Source: Okamejei kenojei (taxonomy: Eukaryota). From it: a DNA stretch of 64,000 bases. Position 1 is the first letter of the stretch; each line of letters starts with the position of its first letter. Shown here in pieces: positions 14,371 to 24,782 of the stretch. A program made the translations under genes and the position numbers. A model generated the notes under the pieces. The model was not told where the DNA came from and ran no database searches. It was given only the letters and a program-made list of their open reading frames with translations. The stretch covers positions 43,958,001 through 44,022,000 of the forward strand of contig CM069147.1 of assembly GCA_035221665.1 (NCBI GenBank), given 5' to 3'.

Positions 14371-15116
14371 CATTAGTGGCCTCTCGATTCTGCCATGACA
14401 TGTCATTAACTTGATTTTCCTCTGTATTGAGAAACATTCGGGACAGTCTCTTGTTAAATCAGAGAATTGCACATTTGCAGAGTGCAGATTTTAATATCTG
14501 GGAACCTAATGACCTGGTCTAACAGCATACGTCAATGCTAAACCACAAAGTAGCTACATCTGTTTTGGCTTTGTTCAAGATACTGAGGGAGGGGGAGCAA
14601 TCCATGGTCAAGGGCCAAACTGCATGTCATATTTCATTACCTTCATTAGCTATTACAGAAGGGTCTATTATGAAGAAGATAGCAACCTCTGTTAAAAAAA
14701 TAATTTCAACCTAGAAATCACAAAGTCAAGCACAAAATCGTTTTGTTAATGGAAATACTATTTTTGAAAACACTTTTGCACTGTACAGTGACATTACATT
14801 GATTTGGATGCACAGTTTTAAAAGTGAGAAGGGCTGAAGAAGAAAAAAAACCTAGTGTTATATTCTATGATTTGTAACGATAAAATAACACCCTGGACAC
14901 CCTCACATTTATTTTTCCATTAATATATGTAGTAACACAACCTCTCTAATTTAAATAATAATCCACTATCCAAATAAGTAATTAACCTTTGATTTGTGGA
15001 GGTAGGAAAAGCCTGCAACAGAATTTGTAATCAATTGTTAGATTTACAAATTGCATCTTACACATCACTTTGATTTACATGGTAATTTTGGCCAAAAAAA
15101 GGGCCTCATTATAGAC

Positions 15117-15162
15117 AGGGGGTGGGGGGGGGGGGGGGGGGGGGGGTGGGGGGGGTGGGGGG
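15117..15162 (+). repeat. G-rich homopolymer tract
   Basis: Near-pure G run interrupted by T. Confidence 0.9.
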
Positions 15163-17181
15163 ACATTAAAAAAAGAAAATCAAAACAGCAAAGCGTCGCA
15201 TTTCAGGTAAGCGTTTTCGAGCGGGCTTCGACATTGGACACATCTTATGCACCTGTGATTGCTATGGCGCTTCCCCCAGCCCCCCACTTTCCCATTCCTC
15301 TTATCTGATTGCCTCCCTCTCTGTTTTTGACATATGAAGTTTTTATAACTATCCTGCCAAAATTCATCACGGGCACAATGTTGGATGTTACTCCAATAAT
15401 TTACAGCCGTGGTGTGCACAAAGCGGTCGCAGGAAGGTCCATTTACTAAGTTGCTTCTTGCTGTGATTCCAGAAGAAGACAATGCATCAATCAACAGCTG
15501 TAAGACCCCCGAAAGCCTATCAGATTTACTGCATAATAAAATTATATTGCAACAAAACTACCTGTAACTTATTCTATAACTTGCACTGCAAACGCACGTT
15601 GAATACCACATCGGAGTGATTCTATTCCCTGTGTTAAATGATTCAAATTGGAAAACTGAAAGCGTTTTTAAAATCAGTTGAACGAGGCATGAGGTACATG
15701 AACTATGCATTTCAATTTAGCCGGGAAGCTGCTTTTGACGGAATCTTTTACCAGCTTGGCGTGTGAGGGTTAAGCAGTGATTTTCTCCCAAGGATCAAAA
15801 TTCCTGTTGTTTTGTAGATGAGACGTTTATGATTATCAAAGTATGGGGATGGGTGACATGAGAAAAAAAGGGGGGGAAAAATATTTTCAGTGTTGATTGC
15901 TTTTTTGAGCTTAGGCACCTTAAGGACTGGAAAGGATCTGGGGAATATAATAAGACAGGGACATCAGCAGCACAAGGGGCATGACCTTTATTTGCAATCA
16001 TAGCTGAGATTTACAGTTTATTACTGATAGCTTTCATAAAGAGCCATTCAGTTCTGAGGTGAGCGGTTTGTCATCTGGAAATGCAATTAACTTCGTCCTT
16101 ATCCCAATCCCTGGTCTAGATGTGAACAGCGCTCCAATAACATCACATTTTCCCTAATTTCATTTTATTCTCACGGACCTATCCTTTGAGCATTAGTGGT
16201 GTTGCATATTATTATCCATCTATGGTATCCTAAAAGGCACTTGTGAATATTTTTAAAATTGATTACATGATTGTTCAGGGTCATTGTGGCATGCACTTTG
16301 CCTTTCTGTGATTAAAAAAAAAAGGTGAATCATGCTTAGAGTAAATGCTGGGTGTGTTAATTAAAAAATGCCTGGACGGGCTTTTACACATAAAAAAACA
16401 AAAATATAGTGATTCAGCTTTTATATAATATAGAGTAAGTTGGCTCTATATCCCCTGTATATATAAAGCAATATCAGTTTTATGAAGCTTTTTTGGCAGG
16501 TAAATTAATTTGTAATAATTTAACCAAGGTCCAATCAGCCAATATTCTTGTATTTAAAAAAAAACCCATTGTTTTTCGAGTAGGACAATGAAATCTTGCC
16601 TAATTTTGTTTCACACTGTTCTGAAGCATAATTGTTAATAATAATAATCTAGTAATCAATTTATTATGTTTCAATCAAAATCATTTGGCTGCAGAATTTG
16701 ACAATTCTTACATCAGTATATGTTTGTCAATGTAAATCTGTTTTACATTTTCTAATTAACTACAATAATCGCTCCTCACATTTGCCTTTTATGTTTAATA
16801 GGTTTGCCTAAATTCTCATATATCTTCCAATTAAACCTTGAATTTCTTTGCTAATGCAATCCTATAGTAGTCTGAAATGCAAGATCATAAAATGTGATTA
16901 TGATTTGCTAATTTTTGGGGAAATTGATGGGAGAATACATTCATAATTTTATTCCTTCCCTGATAAATATCGATTTAATCCTTCCCTGTTGATTTTTTGT
17001 TGGTAGAAAGCACAATGATAGTGAGATATATGATCACCCTTCTGCCTGATGTAATGATTGAGTGGCATTGTTTCAAGATGATGGTAAATATGAAAATTAT
17101 CTCAAACATTATCCATCTGCCAATCTTTTGAAGCATTGTTCAGATAAACTAAATGTTATACCAATTACCAGTAGAATAACC

Positions 17182-17249
17182 TACAGTGGCTTGCAAAAGT
17201 ATTCATACCCCTTGAACTTTTCCACATTTTGTCACGTTACAGCCACAAA
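17182..17249 (+). mobile_element. Tc1-family DNA transposon terminal inverted repeat fragment
   Basis: TA followed by CAGTGGCTTGCAAAAGTATTCATACCCCTTGAACTTTTCCACATTTTGTCACG, resembling fish/amphibian Tc1-like termini from recall; no partner end seen. Confidence 0.65.
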
Positions 17250-17400
17250 TCTCGTTCCTAAAGGAACTTCCTTTAATTCTGAGACCTCCCACTATTGCTA
17301 ACATTCTCTCCATATCCACTCTATTTCACTATTCAATGCGTTTCAATGAGGTCCCTCCTCATTCTTCTAAACTCCAGAGAATACAGGCCCAGTGCCATCA
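17250..17400 (-). mobile_element. CR1 LINE fragment
   Basis: Minus-strand translation LGLYSLEFRRMRRDLIET, a CR1 ORF2 motif. Confidence 0.75.
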
Positions 17401-17834
17401 AAAGCTCATCATGAACGATGTGTAGTGGATGTAAGGAGCAACTCACCAGCTTTTCCCTCTGCAGATGATGTTGATAACATGTTGGCATGTGACAACAACC
17501 GTAATATAACAAAAGGAGACACAAGTATCAGAAAAGAATTCACAAAAATAAATTTGCCTTTGGTCACAAGTTCTAAAACTGATGCAAGAGTTTTGGTCAC
17601 TGGTTATCCATTTGGCTCCGGGGGTGACTGAGGATGAGGATGTGCACAGTGTGTGGCTGATACCTGAACATGTCTTCAGTGCTGGTGAGAAAAGATGAAG
17701 ATTTTCCCTGCTTAGTGTTTAGAAAACAGATTTTAGGTAACAAAATATTTCACAATGATAGTGGATCTGCTGAAGAATTTCTCATCAATTTTATAATTAT
17801 TAAAAAGGCTCGAGTATTTTGAGTATTCGAGCAC

Positions 17835-18381
17835 ACACTGGAATATTATGTGCAGTTTTGGTCCCCTAATTTGAGGAAGGACTTTCTTGCTATTGAGGGA
17901 GTGCAGCGTAGGTTTACAAGGTTAATTCCCGGGGTGGCGGGACTGTCAAATGCTGTGAGAATGGAATGGCTGGGCTTGTATACTCTGGAGTTTAGAAGGA
18001 TGAGAGGGAATCTAATTGAAACATATAAGACTGTTAAAGGTTTGGATACGCTAGAGGCAGGAAACATGTTCCCGATGTTGGGGGAGTCCAGAACCAGGGG
18101 CCACAGTTTAAGAATGAGGGGTAAGCCATTTATAACGGAGACGAGGAAACACTTTTTCTCACAGAGAGTTGTGAGTCTGTGGAATTCTCTGCCTCGGAGG
18201 CCGGTTCTCTGGATACTTTCAAGAGAGAGCTAGATAGGGCTCTTAAAGATAGCGGAGTCAGGGGATATGGGGAGAAGGCAGGAACGGGGTACTGATTGGG
18301 GATGATCAGCCATGATCACATTGAATGGCTCGAAGGGCCGAATGGCCTACTCCTGCACCTACTGTCTATTATTGTCTATTG
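17835..18381 (+). mobile_element. CR1/HER1-type LINE 3' end, relatively young
   Basis: ORF 17850-18233 (QFWSP..EGVQRRFTRLIPG..LGLYTLEFRRMRGNLIETYK..SRTRGHSL..RKHFFSQRVVSLWNSLP), then 3'UTR and (ATTGTCT)n-like tail. Confidence 0.92.
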
Positions 18382-19111
18382 AGAAATTTCTGCAAATATA
18401 TATAAACAAGTAAACAGCATCTTATTTCAAACATATACAAATCATATTCATTTTAATTAGCCAATAACTTCATCTTAAGTTTTTTTTTCCTTCCAATAAA
18501 AAACTATTAATTTAAATAAGTTTTGTTTGAGTAAATAATTTTAATAAAATATAAATATTTTCCACCATTCAATGAATTCTAGTTGTTTGCTGTGATGTCT
18601 AGATAACACAGTATCAAGTGACGCACTCTCCATTTTATTACAGCTGAAAACAGAATGAATGATTGAACTATAGTTTGTTACACAGACATTTATTTGGGTT
18701 CTTCAATTGTGCATATCATTTAATATGGTCATAGTCTCTTTTGGGATTAAAGGTAAAGAAAAAATACAAAGATTGACAGGTATTCAGAGAGATCATGCAA
18801 ATTTGTCTTCATTTTACATGAGGTTTGGATAAATGTTGAGTAATTTTATGTTTTAATCATGTTATTCAAGAAAAAAATTCCTTTTGAAAATGTGATCTAT
18901 TGCTAAATTCCTAAGGAGCATTGATTGTAATATTTTTTTTTAAATCAACACACCTGTGGTAGGATGTTTTTCCAAATATATTATTTACTACGAGAAAAAT
19001 TCATAAAGTTATTTCAGTAATGTTTTTTTTATGTAAACCAATGGTTACGATGCCTCTGAAATATTGTCCAGGAAGTACTTTGGAAAGTTTGGACATTCTC
19101 GCTCTCTATAT

Positions 19112-19322
19112 AGAAACAAAGAACTGCAGAGGCTGGTTAATACACAAAAAATATTATAAGTGCAGGAGTAACTCGGCAGGTTAGGCAGCATCTCTGGAGA
19201 ACAGGGATAGGTGACGTTTCGGTTCGAGACCATTCTTCAGTCTCATCTCAAATGAAAACACACCTATCCATGTACCCCAGAGATGCTGCCTGACATGCTG
19301 AGTTACTCCAGCACTTTGTGAC
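19112..19322 (-). mobile_element. Penelope-derived short element with degenerate hammerhead motif and fold-back arm
   Basis: Minus strand CTGAAGAATGGTCTCGAACCGAAACGTC at 19213-19240; inverted arm to 19322. Confidence 0.75.
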
Positions 19323-19499
19323 ATTCTCTATACAGCTGGAATGTCAGAGGACAAATCTGAAGCAGAAACCAAAATAAAAGTTTTTATTCCACCTTAGCAT
19401 CCATACTGCTTTCTTCCCTCTCCTTTACCAGTAGGTGCAACCTCAGACAGTGAGTCAATTTCTCAGCCATGAAGCCACTCCAATGATGCACATGCCAAA

Positions 19500-19840
19500 G
19501 ATACAGTTGATTACCACATTGTATACATGGCATTCCAGATGAACAATCTATTAATCCCAACCCACCCTCTCCTTATAACTCTCCATCCCACACTTATGCC
19601 CTCAAACATGCCCACCAACTCCCATGCTGTCTCTTTTTACTATTAGCATATGCTATGTGGGAAATACAGTAACCAAAACGTATTTTGCAATGTGGGTGGA
19701 AACCGGAGCATCCAGAGAACACCCATGCATTACGGAGATAAGGTGCAGAATTCACACAAGGCAGCAACCAAGGCCAGGACTGAACCTGGGTTGTGAATCT
19801 CTGAGGCAGTAGCACTAATAGCTGCACCACTGTGCCATCC
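19500..19840 (-). mobile_element. Diverged V-SINE
   Basis: tgtgggtggaaaccggagcatccagagaacacccatg core and head ending gcaccactgtgcc. Confidence 0.65.
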
Positions 19841-20274
19841 TATCTTGTTCAAGTCCCCGGCATTCATGGTTTTCGGAGACTTGAGCTTATTTTCTTGTCA
19901 ATGCAACTTTAACTGGAAATTAATGGGTCAGCTGAGCACCTGATCACCTGCTGTCAATGTAATTGATCATCCACATATGAGTCTCAGCCTAGCAGCACCA
20001 TTAAAACTGCTCAGCTTTCTCTCTGCTGTGTACAATTAGTGAATGGACTTTCATGTGCGGGAATGGATGGGTCTGGTTTCTCACTTTGCAAAATAAGCCA
20101 TCTCTACCTTCATTCAGAAATTGGTTAATCAAGGTGCATCAGTATCTTACAAAGAAAGATATTTGATCCAAAAGTATTTACATTTATATTCTAAGTAATC
20201 ACTTTTAGTTAAGTGAAATCTTTCTTTTTGTTCTGCCGTACTTTAATTCTCAGTTAGAAATGTAGTTTAGTAAA

Positions 20275-20624
20275 ATTAATTATGAGAGGAATAAATCGGG
20301 TGGACGCACAGAGTTTCTTGCACAGAGAGAACCAGAATCGAGAACCAGAGGGCATCGGTTTACGGTGCAGGGGGAAGGATTTTATAGGAAACTGAGGCAT
20401 AACTTTTTCACGCAAAGGGTGGTGGGTTTATGGAAGGAGCTGCCGGAGGAGATGGTTGAGGCAGGGTTTATCACAACATTTAGGAACCAATTAGACAGGT
20501 ACATGGATAGGACAAGTTTAGAGGGATATGGGCCAAACACAGGCAAGTGGGATTAGTGTAGACGGGACATGTTGGTCGGTTTGGGCAAGTTGGGCTGAAC
20601 TGCCTGTTTCCACACTGTATGACT
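20275..20624 (+). mobile_element. CR1/HER1 LINE 3' end
   Basis: RTRGH..LRHNFFTQRVVGLWKELPEE..FRNQLDRYMD; tail similar to the HE1 SINE tail. Confidence 0.88.
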
Positions 20625-20828
20625 GATTCTATTTATTTTAATATATATGGTGTGAACAGTTGCCATGAATTGTCTTGCTCCAGAAAATCCTGGAATGTTA
20701 TAAATCCAGTGCATGTCACACTCATACAATACAGAAAGTGTCAATAATTTGAGCTCCATCCAAGTTAGAGACTGGCTGCCGTATTCTAATAGCTGCATTA
20801 GTGCTCAGAATTCTTTATTTGTTACTGA

Positions 20829-21118
20829 GTTTAGTGATACAACATGGAAACAGAACCTTTGGCCTACTGAATCCATGCTGATCATTGATTAGCTGTTCAC
20901 ACCGATTCTATGTTATCCCACTTTCCCATCCATTTCCTGCACACAAGGGCAATTTACCGATTCATCTTGTGTCTTTGGGATGTGGGAGAAAACCAGATGA
21001 AACACATGCTGTTACAGGGAGAAACTCCACATAAACTCCACGCAGACTGTACCAGAGATCAGGGTCAAACCCCACTCTCTGTTGCTGTGAGCTAGCAGCT
21101 CTACCAGCTGCACCATGG
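20829..21118 (-). mobile_element. HE1-type V-SINE (diverged)
   Basis: tttagtgatacaacatggaaacag tail, tctttgggatgtgggagaaaacc core, head at ~21060-21118. Confidence 0.75.
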
Positions 21119-21255
21119 TGTTGATGTATAAATGCCATTAATTAAAAGATTTTCCAATAACATAAAGTTGCGTTTGGTCCTGTAAGTTCACCAATAATGC
21201 GTGAATAATAAATCTTGAATCTGTTTGCATTTAAGCTAGAGTTCCTTATCGAGTT

Positions 21256-21439
21256 TTACTCAAAATGCTGGAGAAACTCAGCGGGTGCAGCAGCATCTAA
21301 GGAGCGAAGGAGATAGGCGACGTTTCGGGTCGAGACCCTTCTTCAGACCTTCGCTCCTTAGATGCTGCTGCACCCGCTGAGTTTCTCCAGCATTTTGTGT
21401 AACCCTCGATTCTCCAGCATCTGCAGTTTCTTCGTTAAC
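21256..21439 (-). mobile_element. Young Penelope-derived fold-back element with intact minimal hammerhead motif
   Basis: Perfect 50-bp inverted repeat 21261-21310/21348-21397; 13-bp TSD TCCTTATCGAGTT at 21243-21255 and 21440-21452. Confidence 0.9.
21319..21346 (-). ncRNA. Minimal type I hammerhead ribozyme motif (predicted)
   Basis: CUGAAGA-A-GGGU(CUCG)ACCC-GAAA-CGUC; stem I AGGU/GCCU; palindromic ACGU in place of stem III. Confidence 0.75.
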
Positions 21440-22020
21440 TCCTTATCGAGTTAGTTGGTATATTCACCCAGTCGATGTTTAACTTATGTTTGACAGAATA
21501 GGCCTACCATATCACAGATTAAGAATTAAATCCAATAAAATGGTTACACAGCATTTTGTGAAATAAATAGTTAAACTTTCTTTACGTGACTTTATACAAC
21601 TTCAACCAACTGCATTGTGCCCCTGTGCTTTATCTGCGCCCACAGTTCACATTGAGTTGATTGAGATGGATTGGCCTGAAATGCACGCAGTTACTTGTGG
21701 GTTGGAGGAGAGCTTGCGGTAAGGAAACCCTCATGGGTCAGCATCTACGTGACTCTCATGCTTGTACATTGCAGTGAAGAAGTGAGACCATGCTGGAGGA
21801 CAGGCGTTGGGACATTTGACCTCTATCCTGAGAGTCACCATGCGGTCGATGGAAGTTCTTGGTGCTGGATACACTTCGTATCTGGCTCCTTATTTTACAT
21901 TTGCTGGCCTGGATGGGAAAGGTGAGCAGTTTTCATTTTGTTAATATTTTAATTAGCAATAACGTTTTAAATTAATTTACATTTTTATTACTCATTATGT
22001 TTTAATTGAAGTATATTTAT

Positions 22021-22158
22021 TTCTTCTTCTTTCGTGTGGCGTGCACAGCCTAAAGTTGTTGGACAACTTGTTCTATTTGATTTCCCATATGTGCTCGTCG
22101 AGTTGATTGCATTAGTCGAAACAGGGCAGACCACGTGAAGGTTGCAATCTTCCACCCC
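22021..22158 (-). mobile_element. ~140-bp non-autonomous retroelement (Vingi/RTE-like) with 5' HDV-like ribozyme and (AAG)n tail
   Basis: Homologous to 32896-33035; ends CGCCACACGAAAGAAGAAGAA; approximate TSD TATATTTATTT at 22012-22022 and 22164-22174. Confidence 0.8.
22105..22158 (-). ncRNA. Minimal HDV-like self-cleaving ribozyme (predicted)
   Basis: GGGGUGG-AA-GAUUGCA-ACC-UUCACGU-GGU-CUGCCCU-G-U(UUCG)A-CUAA-UGCAAUC gives P1 with G1-U wobble, 7-bp P2, 3-bp P3, 7-nt L3, and a C in J4/2. Confidence 0.8.
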
Positions 22159-22277
22159 AATTATATATTTATTTGAACCTGGTTTAAATGTCACTGATAT
22201 CAGACTTATGAAGAGCTAGAGTTGAGCATCGGAATTGTCTGGGGGTGAGAATGAAGGGGAGGTTAGATAGGGCGCTC

Positions 22278-22578
22278 TAGTTTAGTTTAGTTTAGAGATA
22301 CAGCGTGGAAACATGCCCATCAGCCCCATCGAGTCCACACTGACCAGCGGTCCCCGCTCGCTCGCAGTCTCCTACACATTAGGGACGAATTATAATTTTA
22401 TCAAAGCCAATTAACCTACAAAGTTGCACGTCTTTGGAATGTGGGAGGAAACCGGAGCGCCTGGAGAAAACCCACACGGTTACAGGGAGAATGTAAAAAC
22501 TCCGTACAGACAGCACCCGTAGTCAGGATTGAACCCAGCTCTCTGGCGCTGGAAGGCAGCTGCGCCACCGTGCCGCCC
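22278..22578 (-). mobile_element. HE1-type V-SINE, near full length
   Basis: Head GGGCGGCACGGTGGCGCAG, V-domain, (TAAAC)n tail. Confidence 0.9.
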
Positions 22579-23280
22579 TAAACGATTCCTTAGGACATGA
22601 TATCTGGTTGGCACATGCAGACACTCTAGCTTGTAGTAAGAGTGAGTAGCTTCCACAAAAGGTTATTGTGGCCATAGGAGAGGGCTGGGGGTTGGGGCAA
22701 GCTTGATGCATGGATTTGGTTCAGCAGACATAACCCCCATGGTAAGCAGCTTTCATATGAAGCTCTTAAAACATTTGTGATGTACTGAAACTGTAACACA
22801 CTCTACAGTTTTCTTTATGAGTTATTATCAGTAGCAAGCCTAATTAATTTGAAAGCCACTCATTCTAATTTTAGATTAAAATGTAATAATAGCATAAACC
22901 TTCAAAACAGTGTCCATTAGGCGGTCAGTGATTTACCTCAGCCACTTGATAGATGGTTAAAGCAATATACCACTCCAAGGAAGCAATTCTCATGTCATAT
23001 TCTATTGTCTCGTTTGTAAGACTGACCATCATACAGAGAATTGCAATCAAGTTTGAGCATTTATCATCCATCTGCAGTAGTCCTTCAACACCTTGAATGT
23101 AGAGGTGAGGTGGCCTTCAGATTTTGCCTTCTCCATAAAAGAAACTACATTTTGGGACTGTTTACCTTTGTTAGACCTCTAAACCCAATGGTGAAATGGC
23201 CCCTGTCGTGTGCAATAAAGAAATGTGGTAAAACAGATTTTTTTTTTAGCGATGTCACGACAAACTAATTGAATCCAAAC

Positions 23281-23545
23281 GTGACCTGGGTTCGATCCTG
23301 ACTGCGGGTGCTGTCTGTATGGAGTTTGTACGTTCTCACCGTGACCGCGTGGGTTTTCTCCGAGATCGTGGGTTTCCTCTCACAATCCAAAGACGTACAG
23401 GTTTGCAGGTTAATTGGCTTGGTATAAATGTAAATGGTCCTCAGTGCGTGTTGGATGGTGTTAATGTGCAGGGATCACTGGGTCAGTGCTGATTCGGTGG
23501 GCCAAAGGGCCTGCTTCTGCGCTGTATCTCTAAACCAAACTAAAC
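23281..23545 (+). mobile_element. HE1-type V-SINE, 5' truncated
   Basis: B-box GGTTCGATCC, V-domain, tail gctgtatctctaaaccaaactaaac. Confidence 0.88.
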
Positions 23546-23876
23546 AGGAATCTGATGGGAATGAACTGACTACGCCCTTCTTTCTCACATTATAGGCATT
23601 AATCTTGCAAAGATAGTTTCACCATACACAGGTTATGTTTGATTAAAATTATAACGAGTATTTTTTGCCTTCAATATATTTTATATTCTGAAGTGCTTAA
23701 TTATATGATTGGCAATTTATTCTGCTTTGGTGAGTCCATGTCTGCCTCTATCCAAATGTTCTTCTATTCCCCCTCCTAGGATTGTTCAATCCTAAACCTT
23801 TATGTTTATAATGTAGCAAATTCTGCATCATCAGGTTAGTATCTAATATGTAGTACACTAAACATTTTTGGTGCAT

Positions 23877-24400
23877 CAATAGACAATAGACAATAGGGGC
23901 AGAAGTAGGCCATTCGGCCCTTTGAGCCAGCACTGCCATGCACTGTGATCATGGCTGATCATCCACAATCAGTACCCTGTTCCTGCCTTCTCCCCATATC
24001 TCTTGACTCCGCTATCTTTAAGAGCTCTATCTTACTCTCTCTTGAAAGCATCCAGAAAATTGGCCTCCACTGCCTTCTGTGGCAGAGAATTCCACAGATT
24101 CACAACCCTCTGGAGAAAAAGTTGTTCCTCATCTCCGTTCTAAATGGCCTACCCCTATTCTTAAACTGTGGCCCCTGGACTCCCCCAACATCGGGAACAT
24201 GTTTCCTGCCTCTAGCTTGTCCAATCCCTTTATAATCTTATATATTTCAATAAGATCCCCTCTCTTCCTTCCAAGTATACAAGCCCAGTCACTCCATTCT
24301 TTCAACATATAACATCCCGAGAATTAACCTCGTGAACCTACGCTGCACTCCCTCAATAGCAAGAATGTCCTTCCCCAAATTTGGAGACCAAAACTGCACT
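23877..24400 (-). mobile_element. CR1/HER1-type LINE 3' end
   Basis: Reverse-complement homologue of 17835-18381 with (AATAGAC)n tail. Confidence 0.9.
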
Positions 24401-24469
24401 CATTCAAATTTGGAGTCCAAAACTGTATCCTGCTTCAAAAGTATCTGCACTCATGTTGATGAAATAAAT

Positions 24470-24782
24470 TTCTCACCTCCCAGTGCCAACCTCTTCTATC
24501 TTCATGACTCCCCCTGCCGGCCTTCTATCCTCCCTGGACTTTTTTATTTCCAACTGTCAATGTGGCATGACACATCTTAATGTCTCCACTCCCCTTACCC
24601 ACTTCAATCTCCCTCTCTCTGAACGCACAACTCTCCACTCACCCAGTAACAATCCCAATTTTGTTATCAAACCTGTATATACATTGAGTCTGACAAAGGG
24701 TCCCGACCCAAAACATCACCTATCCATGTTCTCCACAGATGCTGCCGGAACCATTGAATTACTCCAGCACTTTGCGTCTTTA
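24470..24782 (+). mobile_element. Old Penelope 3' end with degenerate hammerhead motif
   Basis: Pyrimidine-rich segment, then CTGACAAAGGGTCCCGACCCAAAACATC at 24690 and the family tail. Confidence 0.6.
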
